Assembly: GCF_009914755.1 (NCBI RefSeq)
Contig: NC_060928.1
Source of the DNA: the human T2T-CHM13v2.0 reference genome, Homo sapiens
Strand: one strand, 5' to 3'
Length of the DNA: 64,000 bases
Positions 1 through 12,066 of this stretch are shown in pieces. Made by a program: the position numbers and the translations under genes. Under the pieces are notes generated by a model. It saw only the letters and a list, made by a program, of their open reading frames with translations. It did not search any database and had not been told where the DNA came from. Position 1 is the stretch's first letter, and each line of letters opens with the position of its first letter.

Positions 1-137
1 GCATTAGGACAAATATCTAATGCATGGAGGGCTTAAAACCTAGATGACGGGCTGATGGGTGCAGCAAACCACCATGGCCTGTGTATAACTATGTAACAAA
101 CTTGCACGTCCTACACATGCAACCCAGAACTTAAAGT
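1..137 (+). mobile_element. L1PA (older, ~L1PA8-13-like) 3' UTR end
   Basis: gcattaggacaaatatctaatgcatg...gggtgcagcaaaccaccatggc...cccagaacttaaagt matches the primate L1 3' terminus; cut by the window edge. Confidence 0.9.
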
Positions 138-275
138 TGAAAGGAAGGAAGGGAAGGGAAGTGAAGGGAAGGGGAGGGGAGGGGTGGGGAGGGGAGGAGA
201 GGGGAGGAAGAAGGAAGGGAAGGGAGAAGGAAGGAAGGAAGGAATGAAAGAAGAAAGGAAGGAAGGAAAAGAAAC
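138..275 (+). repeat. Purine-rich (GGAA/GGGA)n simple repeat replacing the L1 tail
   Basis: gaaaggaaggaagggaagggaa...ggaaggaaggaa seen directly. Confidence 0.9.
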
Positions 276-659
276 AAATAAAGCCACTCTTTTCCCTACA
301 AATATTAAGAAGCCAGAGAAAAGTCAAAAAAAACCAACAGGGCAAAATGTTTCCACAATACCTTTCATGAGCTTTCTTTCTGTTTGCCTTTCTTTCCTGC
401 CCCTCCCCTGACGTATACTATCTGTCCCACATCGTAGCCATATTGGACTTCTCTCAGTTTTCAAATAAGCATTGATGTCTGTCTTTGGTATGTACATTTC
501 TCTTTTTTTGTTCCATGAATTTTCTTCTTCACACCACACCACAGTTCACACTCTTTTCCACTGCTTGTCTGCTAACTTCTACTTGTGTTTATTGTGTCAG
601 TTTAAGTGTCATGAGACTTAGAGGAACTTCCATACCTCTACCTGGTCCTGGCTGTATGA

Positions 660-870
660 GTTACTCTTGAAATGTGCTCCCACAGCCCCCATTGTTTTCT
701 ACATCATGAATGCATTGCTGTGTTTTGTATATGATTGTTAGACTGTCTTCCTAAACTGGAATCTCTGGGAGAGAGGGCTTATGTTCATAATACTTATGAT
801 TTTGCCCCTAGGAGAGTGAAACTTTGTGAAAACACAGGTAAATACATGTTGAATTAATAATAAATAAATC
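660..870 (+). mobile_element. L2 3'-end fragment (degraded)
   Basis: ends in ...acaggtaaatacatgttgaattaataa, similar to the L2 terminus; boundaries approximate. Confidence 0.45.
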
Positions 871-1070
871 ATAAATAAAATAATAAATAAAGGAGAACGG
901 AGTTTCAAAAGTAGCCACTTTAGAAAGCTAAGGCCATGTACATTAAGATGGAAATTATTTTTGCTCATTGAATGTATATGTTAGGGGATAATTGATAAAT
1001 TTGGCAATGTATTCTTCATTTCTTTACTTCATTTATAGGAAAACTCTTAAAAAGCATTATCTCTACAGAC

Positions 1071-1611
1071 TGTATCATGCTAAATAATGCCCATTCCCCA
1101 AAATGTCCACATCCAAATCCTTGTAACATATGTACCTATTATCTTAAATGGCAAAAAGACTTAGAAGATGTGAAAAAGTTAAGACTCTTAGAGGCAGAGA
1201 TTATCCTGGATTACTGGGTAGACCCAAACTAATCACAAGCATCCCTACAGATGTCAGACATTGCTTTTTGTCTGACTCCAATGTTTCCGTCTTGTATCCC
1301 TTAAGGATGTGACAAAAGAGGGAGTGAGAAAGAGAAACCAATTGAGCGAGAGAGAGAGAGATTAAAAATGTAGCCTGCTGGCTTTTAAGATGGAGGAATT
1401 CACAAGCCATGGACTGTCGGAGGAGTCTAGAAGCTGGAAAAGTCAAGGAAATGGATTCTCCCCTAGAATATCTAGACGGAATATAGCACTACTGAACCAT
1501 TTTGGGACTTCTGATCTCATATAACTGTAAAAGAATACATTTGTGTCACTTTAGGCCAAATTAGCAAATTTGTGATAATTTGTTATAGCAGAAATGCACA
1601 ACTAATACACA
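1071..1611 (+). mobile_element. MaLR solo LTR (MLT1D-like)
   Basis: tgt...taaataatgccc...atgtccacatccaaatcc...ttatcctggatta...ttgttatagcag...actaataca: MLT1 start, internal and end motifs. Confidence 0.8.
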
Positions 1612-1799
1612 AACCTCTGTAATTCTCTACTCCTGATTTCTCTTAAAGTCATTGTGATCAAGCTTTTGCCTTAATGATTCTATCACAAATATTTTGTCAA
1701 AGACACCACTTACTTTTGCTTTGTTAAATCTAATGGTCATGTTAGTCCTTATTGTACTTTACCTATCAGTAGCAGAAACCATATTTAGTTACTATCATT

Positions 1800-2670
1800 A
1801 CTAATGCAGAAATAGTAAAAGTGCTTCATTTAGAATCAAGAACAATATAAGAATTGTTTTAGTGAACATTGCACTAAAATTTTAAGTTGTCAGGATAGAC
1901 TATTAAAATAATAGCAATAAATAAAATTTTGAATAAAAGACACAAATTTGTATCTACATGGAATACACACAATGATAGCCAAAAGACTATGAATAAATTT
2001 CTGGATGTAATTTTAACAAACAATATAAAATTTTACTTCTATATTGAAGAACAATCTGTTAGAAAATGTAATTAAAATAACAATTATGATACAACAGAAA
2101 GTACCTAGAAAAAAATCAAAATAAGATGTACATTTCATTTTATTAAAAAGTACAGCTATTTCTATGGGACATTAACAAAGATATAAATAAATGTAAAGCT
2201 ATGCTATGTTTATGAATTGAATAGAAAGATTCAATATTATACCAACAAGAAAAAAAGTTGGGTGAAATGCCATACCAGGTTACAGCACTTATTAGAGATG
2301 TTGGTCTATGTAGGAATAGGCAAAAGCAGTCAGCAGATAGAAAACTGGCATACGTACTCACACATACATTGAAACTTGATGTTTCAGAGGAGGCATCACA
2401 GATCAGTGGGAAACAGTTGGCTATGCAAAATATGACTGAACAAAAACAAATCTGAAAAACTGAACCATAAGTTTTTAATAATATATGTGATAAAACATTT
2501 AAGGCATGCAAGTGTGATGAAACATAAAATACAGGATCATGGGTACAAATGAGGTAGAAAAGAAGGCAGATTGATTTGAGAAGGGGCCCTATATAGACTT
2601 TCAAAAACATACCAGTGATCCATTGTCTTGAGCTAGGTGATGAGTAAGAACTGTTTGACAATGATTCTTT
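1800..2670 (+). mobile_element. Ancient L1M (L1ME/MC-like) ORF2 and 3' fragments
   Basis: A-rich degenerate ORF2-like text (e.g. gacattaacaaagatataaataaatg...agattcaatatt; ggaataggcaaaagcagtc...atcagtggga). Confidence 0.5.
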
Positions 2671-2673
2671 TAA

Positions 2674-2735
2674 GTGTGTGTGTGTGTATATGTATATATA
2701 CACATATGTATATGTGTATATATACATATACACAC
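2674..2735. repeat. (TG)n/(TATG)n/(TA)n microsatellite
   Basis: gtgtgtgtgtgtatatgtatatatacacatatgtatatg... Confidence 0.85.
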
Positions 2736-3279
2736 AATTCCACCATCTTATCCCTCTGTCCACATTTTAAAAGGCTCTAACAACAAATTAGAAAGTATAA
2801 CAGGCTCAACTATAAAGAAAACACACACCTGTCTATGTGTGCACACATATATCAAACAGAAGAAACAAAGAAACAATACAAGCAATACAATATAACACAC
2901 ACACATGTACACACATGCATGCACATATATAACTGTAGGCTATTTGGCTTTTAAATGTACAATGGTTTCCATGATAGTAACTACATAAAAATTAATAAAA
3001 TTTGAAAGATACAACTAAATGAGAAGAAAGTGTTTTAGGTAATAAATTTAGAGACAAACATACGGTGGTAGCAATAATGACCTCACAGGAGTAAAGGACT
3101 AAATGAAGAATTTATTTATAGCAAGAAGGTGTATTTGAAATTTTTACATGCTGTACAGAAGTTTAATGAAGAAGAGTTTAAAAACAGAACAAAGTAGGTA
3201 AATTCAAGTTCCTTAAAGATGCAACAAGCATTGGTATACATAAATATAACTTCCAAATTCCCAAGGGAAAAGATTTTCA

Positions 3280-3365
3280 TCTATCCTCATCGCTGTGAAA
3301 CCCTAGTGCTTACAACAGTGCCTGGCATATATTAGGTACACAATTAATATTTGTGGAATCTACAT
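3280..3365 (+). mobile_element. L2 3' terminus
   Basis: catcgctgtgaaaccctagtgcttacaacagtgcctggcatatattaggtacacaattaatatttgtggaat. Confidence 0.75.
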
Positions 3366-4151
3366 TTAATAAATTAATAAAGATAACAAACAACAACAAA
3401 AGAATACATAGTTTGGGGGTTGTGTTAGTGATTGGGCTACATTTTGAGGCTATGTATGTAATTGTGGACTTTTCTCTCTGTATTGTTTCTTCTGCTTGCT
3501 GTGTGTGTGCACACATGGATGTGTGTATTTTCTTTATATTTGAACCTGTTATACTCTCTAATTTGTTGTTAGAGCCTTTTTATTCTGGACACAGAGATAA
3601 GATGGTGGAGAATGGTATGTAGCAGAAGAGACAGAGAACTAAATACTAAAGAATTTGTTTTAGACTTAAAGAGATGAGTAAAAGCAATGTCAATGGTCCA
3701 ATTTGTCTTATTCAAAATACGAGCAATGCAAATGACACAGTCCACTTCCAACCTAATTAGCTTCCTAATCATTACATTTATAGCAACCAACATCTAGTTC
3801 CATTAACAATTAAGATATTTTGTATCAATCATATAATTATCTAAGAAAGGCACACACAAGTAGGATATTTCTTTAATCAGGTGAAAGCATCCTGATTTCA
3901 AGCACTAAAACATTCTAAAATTACAACTTTTTACTTTATTCCCAGACTGAATAGGTTTAAGACTGAGAGGATGTTAATTCCAAATCCTTATTTCTGGTTG
4001 TTTGTGTTTTTTTGTTTTCACAAGATGAAGTCCATCCTTAGATAGGACAATGATAATTTAGCAGGAAAAAAAGATTGAGTGTAAAAGAAAAATTATATAA
4101 TTATTTCAGAAAAAAATATTCTCAAGTTAAAAATCAAAATTGATGGATTTC

Positions 4152-4328
4152 TTTTTTACATATAGGTCTTGCTATATTGTCCAGGCTAGAGTACAGTAGG
4201 TATTCACTGGGGCGATTGTAGCACACTGCAGTCTCACACTACAGTCTCAAGCTCAAGTGGTTCTCTGCCTCAGCTTCCTGTAGTTCCTGAGTAGCTGGAA
4301 CTACAAGTGCATTCCACAGTACCCAGCT
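4152..4328 (-). mobile_element. FAM (fossil Alu monomer, 7SL-derived)
   Basis: monomeric; ...ccaggctagagtacagtaggtattcactggggcgattgtagcacactgcag... retains the 'tattcacaggcgcgatc'-type segment of FAM/7SL. Confidence 0.75.
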
Positions 4329-4744
4329 AAATAAATGAATATTTAAAAAATTATAGTATTGTAGGGGATCAGAGAATTAAGAAAAAAAATTATGTCAACT
4401 CCTTGATAGGTTAATTGGCTCCTTCTCTTCATAGAATGACATGTTCTTTTATAAATGAATAAGAAATCAAAGACTTCTGATATAGGGAAAGTGGTCATTA
4501 TTATATGCCTTATAAAAGTTTGGGTTTTTTTAACTCAAATAATCAAGAATTGTGTTTAATTTGGTACTGGTGGTTAATTTTCTTGAACTGGTCGTGGTTA
4601 CTAGATCTACTAGCTTGAATCTCTTATGTCCTACATTTGGTAACACTCGAAGGAGATATAAGGTAAAAACTCTTGCTTTGGACTAAACAAGAATAATCAA
4701 GATCATTAAGACAAATTTTCCTGCATAATTTGAAAACTGTGAGC

Positions 4745-5200
4745 TAACAGGATGCAAATATATGAAGAGATTTATGATAACAAATTGGCTTATGCAATTA
4801 TGGAGGCTGACAAATCCCAAGATCAACATCAGCAAGTAGGTGAACCAAAAGAGCTGATAGTGTTGTTCCAGTCCAAAGACCAGCATGCTTGAGACCCAGG
4901 AAAAGCAAATGTTTCAGCTGGAGTCCAAAGGCAGGAAACAATGATGTCCCAGTTCAAAGGCAGGCAGCAGTAGGAATTTCCTAGTACTCTCAGGAGGGCC
5001 AGCTATTTTGTTCTACTGTGGCCTTCAGCTGATTGAATGAGGCCTAACTACCCACGTTAGGAAGGACACATCTCTTTTACCCAGACTATAGATTTAGACA
5101 CATCCCAAAACAACCTCACAGAAACATGCAAAATAATATTTGGCCAAATATCTGGCACACTGCTGCCCAAAATAGTAGACACACAAAATTAACCGCCACA
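4745..5200 (-). mobile_element. ERVL MLT2-family solo LTR
   Basis: gagatttat...aattggcttatgcaattatggaggctgacaaatcccaaga...; ends acacaaaattaaccgccaca (reverse complement of the MLT2 start). Confidence 0.8.
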
Positions 5201-6103
5201 GCATGCTGAATAATTTACAGTTGGAAAAATGAATTATTTGACCAATAAATAACTTTAAATCTAATATTTTTTCTGCTTACTGGGGTATTTATAAATCCAA
5301 AATAATAAATAAAATGGGATAAGAACCTTTGCCAAGGATGCAAGCTTTAGCTTCAGGCCTTTGCAAATTTTTAATGAGTATAATCATGTCATTATTTAAA
5401 TATAATTAGCATATTTTAAACACAAATTACTTCTTAAATATAAGCAAGTGTTTCTACATTTCAAACTAAGGAAAGGAAAGCCAACAATACTATGAAATTT
5501 GCTAATCAAATTTACCCTGAAAATGTAACATATTTTAAAATGTATTACTGTTAGGATGAATTTCCTTTTATTTTTAAAAGGAAGAGATGAAGAGATTTTT
5601 CCCCTGAGACTGAAGAAAAAAAGCCAGATTAAAAAGGTTATTTGCAAGATATATTTTTCAACTTTATCATCTGTTTAGTATTTTGGCACATAAAAACCTT
5701 TTTTAATACAATTCTACTTTCTGGGAAATATTTAATTTTATTTAATTTTGATTACTATTACACATAGGAAAAAGAATATGACTGGATAATATTTTGAATG
5801 TATATATGTATGTGTGGGTGTGTATTCAGATGACAAAGAATCTTCCTGTTACAAACTATAAAATATAATAAGGTTATTTTATTTTGTGATAAAGAGATAA
5901 GTTTTTATTCTTTATATAATGGCTTCTTTTGGTATTTTTTTCCAGTTTTAGTCATTCAAGTTTCATTAATCACGCTCTTTCTTTTTTCTTTCATTCTTTA
6001 CATTTTACTTACATCTAATATGTAGAAAGATTGTGAATCATATGAGAAAATGATAAGCTATCTCTTCAAATTTATCATAGTACTTAGGTAGCATAAAGTC
6101 CTA

Positions 6104-6310
6104 TTTAGGAGCATAGACTGTGAAATCATAATGTCTAGTTCAAGTTCAAGCTCCACATTTGCTATGTACTAGATGTGCAACCTTGGGCAAATTACTTAAC
6201 CTCTCTGTGCTTCAGTTTTCTCATCTGTAAATAAAAATAAAAAGAATAACTCCTTCATAGTATTGAGATCAAGATTAAATGAATTAATATTAATATAGCA
6301 CATGGTAAGT
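6104..6310 (+). mobile_element. MIR
   Basis: core accttgggcaaattacttaacctctctgtgcttcagttttctcatctgtaaa. Confidence 0.85.
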
Positions 6311-7784
6311 TTTATATACATGTTAAATACAAATATATAAAAAAGACTATGTGCTGACCTTTATACTGTAGCTTTTCAGTATTTATGTAGACTTTTATTT
6401 GATGTTTTTGTTGGGCTCTCAATGGATACTCAGAAATTTTTAATTTTGGAAATTTGAAAAGCTAATATTTATTTTTCTGTCAATAGAAACTTTTGACTTT
6501 ACATTTACTTCTGAATTAACTGTAGTAAATTATGGAACCGATAATATTCCTAAAGCAAAACTTGTCTGTGGTATCCTTTCAAAAATGGCACTATCATTAT
6601 AAAAGAAAAAATGTTTTACCTAATGCAAATCCATTTAAAAATAATTTTCTGCTCAATAAAGATGTTTTTCCTGCAAAATTTTAATGCACATAATTTTGGC
6701 CAAAACAACAGTGGAAACTGATTACATGTCAGCTACATTAGACAGAGTGTCAGCTTTATAATTGCTATGCTGTATTGCAAATCCTGGAATAAGATTATGT
6801 GACAGCTGTTCCCTTGGTTTGTCCATAAAATTGAGATGTTTGTTTCATAAAGCAATCCCTGTGATCAAAGATTGGTTTTAATATGCAGCTAACAAAATTA
6901 TTGAAATTAGTGAAATAGAAAATAATAATGATACAAAATAGTTAACGCTCATTGCTCTTCTTCTATCATTTTTATAGCTTTACTTGGTAATAACTATATT
7001 TGTAAAGAGTATATTTGTGCCTGTGCTTGTAGAAACAATCTTATATCATATTTATATGTAAAACATATAAGATACATATATTACATATATATATGATTAT
7101 TCTGTGATGTAATAAAAAAAGCAGAGAGAAAGAGGCCATAGGGAAAAGGACAATACATATCTATATGGATATTTTATCAGCCCTCTATGAGATTCAGAAC
7201 GTATATTTCTCTGCAATGCAAAATTATACTGTATACATATTAGATCCACAAAGATACCATAAGTCTAGACATTTGATTTGAGTTATAACTATGTAAAGCA
7301 ATATTCAATAGAATATTTTAAAGGAACTATTTGCCAGCACCCTTCCACATGCTGAAGTCCTCTCTATCTGTCAACATTCCTACCCTATCTTTTTTATATT
7401 TCAATGTATCATATTGTGTTATTTTAAGACTTTTATATAATTCAAACTTAAAAAAATTATCACTTGGCGAAGTACTTGTTTCCCTTACTAGATAAAGTGT
7501 TTTAAACGATGAGCTCATTTCTTTCCCAATCTTTGTATTTTCAGCACCTGACAGCTGTATATTATATAAGTTTTCAGATCAAGAGAGTAGTCCTGGCTAA
7601 AGATACTCTCATTGCCAGATAGAGAGTATTTAACAGGATAAGGTCGTCGAGGTAGGAAAAGATGAACCAGTAAAATGCATGCTAAACAGAAAATTAGACT
7701 AAGGGGAGTCTTCCTACGCTTATATAAAGAAAATTGTAGTACAGTGTTCTCAAAGCTAAGTGAAAGACTATGTTTTGAGAAAAG

Positions 7785-8150
7785 AGATATAAATGTTGCT
7801 GAGAAGTAAAATGAGATGAGGCCAGAAAACAGATTCTTGGATTTAGCAATGATCAAAAATTCAGTGACATTGATAACTGCAGGTTGGGTGGAATTGTGAG
7901 GGAAAAGCCTGTTGGAGTATGTTTAGGAGATAATGGAAGAGGAATAATTGGAGATAGTAAGTGTAGAGAGTTCTCCTTGGGCATTTTATTGCAAAGGGTA
8001 GTGAAGTAATGGGATGAGAGTGAAAGGAATGTCAGGTCAGAAGAGTTTTTTATTGCTTATGAGTGTTTTTCATGTGGGAGAAACAGAGGCTACTTTTATC
8101 ATATGTTGTGAATCATACAGTGCAGAAGGAAACATTGATGAAGTGGGAAA
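7785..8150 (-). mobile_element. L2 internal fragment
   Basis: aaatgttgctgagaag...gatgaggccagaaaac...ttggatttagcaatga...agtgacattga matches antisense L2. Confidence 0.7.
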
Positions 8151-9590
8151 AAGGGGTCAGGACTGAGGTTCACCATAGTATGACTCTCAGCATATAGGCA
8201 ATGCACATATATTAAATCACAGACATCCTGGGCAGCTGTTTGCACTGTTTATCACTAAATCCCCATGCCCAAAGAGTAAAACCTCTTGTTTTGGTCATCG
8301 ATTGTTTTGTGATTTGTGGGGTACACTGGAAAAGAAATATTGGAATCAATACTAGCAGATAGCCCATGATGTATGCAGCAGTGATCATGTTTTGACAACA
8401 CATGAATGCCAATGGACCATCTGTCTTTGCCACTGAAAACACTGAGCTTAGCAGTATGCCTCCTGACCTTGTCTTGTATTGGAGGAAAAAAAAATGGCAA
8501 AATTCAAAAGTCCTCACATGATTTCCACTTAGTTTATGTAGAAAGATGTCTATGGTCTGGAAAAACGCTTTTCAATAATTTCCATCTTTTTGATTCAAAC
8601 ATTTAAAGGTACATCTATGGACCATCATAACTTTCATGGCATGAATTATAAATCCATCTCTTGCTATCTCTTAAAGAACGTGTATAGAATGCAAGTGCTT
8701 GAAAGTGACATTATTGGTAGTGTGGCCTTGAATTTATTCCACATGATAAAAGTAACAAACCAATCAAACTTTATGTCACAGTGAATCAATGGTAAGTTGG
8801 GAAACTGCAAACAGTAGCCACTGTGCTAGAGTGAGTGCAATGAATATATTCTGAGAATTTTATGTGGCAAAATGGAACAGACTCGGAATTTGTAATGTGA
8901 AGATGTTTTGACAATATTTTCATATTTTGGAATGTTATAAATCTAAAGTAACATACAGTTTTTGAAATTAAACTGTTTTGATTGGCAGTTGTAGTTACGT
9001 TTTGTTATTAATGTGCTCAGAACATTAAAAATGACATGATGTTTCTCTGTAAATATCTCAAAATTAACTTATAATGTTTTCTCTTGTTTGAGAGATTGTA
9101 GTCTTGTATTGTTATAATACACAAACATTCTAAAGAGATTTATGTAAGTGGAAATTTAGATAAAATATTAACAATCAATTTATTATTTGTCTATCATAAG
9201 CTAAATTTTTATGGCAAAGTTTGACAGAAATATAGAAAAAATAACTACATTAAGTCACAGTTATTTAGATAAAATAGAAATAATTATTCTGAAGGAAAAT
9301 TTCAGGAGTTAAAAATAACTAAGAGAAGAACTCTATTGTTTTTCAATAACCTAACTACAACAGCAACCAAAGGTTGGTCTGAAAATTCTGCCTCTGAAAA
9401 TTTGACAAAGATAAAAAGCAGAGGAAACCTGCTTAAGATGATGTGTTCCCAATCATCACCTCCATCTCTGCTCCAAACACAAAAGGTTTTAAAAAAGAAT
9501 GTTAAAAAAAGTATTTATTCTGAAAGAAAAAGAAAAAAAAAAACACCATAAATAACAAACCCTAGGGGCTATAGGTAATATAAATCTCCG

Positions 9591-10024
9591 TGTATGATAT
9601 ATTAGGTTTTTTCAGAGAAACGGATCAACCTATTTGTTCTGTATATACATACACAGAGAGAGAGATTTATTTGAAGAAATTGGCTCATGCTGTTGTGGAG
9701 GCTGACAAGTCTGAAATCGGCAGAGAAGGTCTGCTGGCTGGATACCCAAGGAAGAGTGAATGTTGCAGTCTTCATTCTGAAGGCAGTCTAGAGATGGCTT
9801 AGAATTTCTTCTTCGTCTTGGGACCTGTCTTTTTTCTAATGCCTTTAACTGATGAAATAAGGCATACCTGCTTTATGGAGGATTATCTGGTTTACTCAAG
9901 GTCTACTGATTTCAGCATTAATCATATCTAAAAAATACCTTTATAGCAACATTTAGACTGGTGTTTTATCAAAGAACTGGATACTATAGCCCAGCCAAGT
10001 TGACACACAAAACACACTATAACA
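9591..10024 (-). mobile_element. ERVL MLT2 (MLT2D/B-like) solo LTR
   Basis: ttcagagaaacggatcaac...gagatttatttgaagaaattggctcatgc...tactcaaggtctactgattt...gcccagccaagttgacacac. Confidence 0.85.
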
Positions 10025-10554
10025 CATAGAAAGTCATTGACATATAAAATTCGCTATTACACAAGGAAAAGCTGATAGAGTTTATAGGCTACAGTTTGGG
10101 CTATGCCTTTATAACAAAATCTATAATATTCCCCATGTCACCAAAGATAGGATCCCATACATTGAAAAATATTATTTCTGGCCTCAGAAGTCTGGAGAAA
10201 TAGGTGAAGGTGAAAAAAAAAAAAACTCTAGAGTTAAGAAATATGATCTAACTGGCAAAAAAGTAGAAAAATACCCATTTAAGATTAGTCTATAAAATAC
10301 AATCCCAAATATATGTTGAAACGTGACAGTAAGACAGCCAGCCTACAAATACAAATTTTGAGATGAATTAAATTTGTATAAAACCCCCCAAAAACAGCAT
10401 TCAAAAACCTATATGACGAATATATTTTTATCCTCAAAGAAATAAGGGAATAATACTATCAATAAGAAAACAAGTAATTACTGGGGTGGGGTGTGACCTG
10501 GTTCAAGTAAAATAAGCAAGGAGCCATAAAAAGTGATAGATTAAAAATACTGTA

Positions 10555-12066
10555 AATACAGTAATAAAAACAGCATGGTATTGGCAAAAGAATAGACACA
10601 TAGATCAATGGAACAGAATAAAGGACCCAGAAATAGATCCACTCAAGTATAGTTAGGTGATCTTTGCCAAAGACACAAATGAAATACAATGAAGAAAATA
10701 ATCTTTTCAACAAATGCTGCTGGAGCAACTGTACATTTACTTACAAATTTAAAAAAATGAAGCTAGACACAGACCCTTCACAAAAATTAACTCAAAATTG
10801 ATCTTAGACCTAAGCATAAAATTCATAACTATAAAACTCCTAGAAGATAACATAGGAGAAAATCTAGATGACTTTGGGTTTTATAACTTTCTAGATAGGA
10901 CACCAAAGGCATGATCCATGAAAGAAATAATTGATAAGCTGAACTTCATTAAAATTAAAAAGTTTTGTTCTGCCAAAGATACAAACCACATATTGCAAGA
11001 AACTATGTGCAAAAGACATATCTGATAAAAAACTGTTATCCAAAATATACAAAGAATTCTCAGAGCTCAACAATAATAAAAGAAACAATCCAATTAAATA
11101 AATGGGCAAAAATAGCTGACAGACCCCTCAACAAGTAAGATATACAGATGGAAAATAAGCACATGAAAGATGTTCAACATCATATTTCATTAGGGAATTG
11201 AAAATGACAACAACAAGATAGCACTGCTTACCTATTCGAATGGCCCAAATCCCAAACACTCATAGCACTGAAGGCTGGCAACAGCAACTCTCTTTCATTC
11301 CTGATGGGAATAAAAAATGGTGCTGCCACTTTGGAAGACAGTTTGGTAGTTTCTTACGAAACTAAACATATTCTTACCATACAGTCCATCAATCACATTC
11401 CTTAGTATTTACCCAAATGAGTTGAAAACTTATATTCATGCAAAAACTTTTATATAGATGTTTATAGCAATTTTAATCATAATTGTCATATCATGGAAGC
11501 AACCAAATTGTCCTTCAGCGGGTGAATGGATAAATACCTTGGTATATCCAGACAATGCAATATTATTGGGCACTAAAAGGAATGAGCTTTCAATCCATGA
11601 AAAAAAAAAGAGCAATCTTAAAGGCATATCACTAAGTAAAAGAATCCAATTTGAAAAGGCTACATACTGTACAATTAAACTCTCTGACATTCTGAAAAAA
11701 GTAAAATTATGGAGACAGAAATATTGCGGTTAGAAGGGAGAGAGGTGTGAGTAGATGGAGCACAGAGAAATTTTAGGGCAGTGCGCTATTCCGTGTGATA
11801 CTATAATGGTGAATATGTCATTATAAACTTGTCAAAACCTGTATCATGTACAACACCAAAAGTCAAACTTAATGTAAACTATGGACTTTGTGTGATGATG
11901 TGGTACTGTAGATTCATGGATAGTAACAAATGGACCACAAAAAATGTTGATAATGGTAGAGGCTATACATGTGTGGGAACAGGGGGATATATAGGGATTC
12001 TCTGTACTTTCCTCTCAATTTTGCCTTGAACCTAAAACTGAACCAAAAAATAAAATATTTTTAAAA
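10555..12066 (+). mobile_element. L1MC1/2-like, end of ORF2 plus 3' UTR (5'-truncated)
   Basis: ORF2 remnants (ORF 11458 MFIA...WKQPNCPSAGEWIN); 3' end aatgtaaactatggactttg...ctctgtactttcctctcaattttg...aacctaaaactg. Confidence 0.85.

Noticed and set aside
2143-2763. Longest ORF (206 aa, minus strand)
   Set aside because: Starts across a TA/TG microsatellite and runs antisense to decayed L1; no recognisable domain
4152-4328. Possible 7SL RNA gene
   Set aside because: Too short and diverged, lacks the S domain; fits FAM
7515-8800. ORFs and possible exons around 7.5-8.8 kb
   Set aside because: No domain similarity, no convincing acceptor/donor pair, partly over L2
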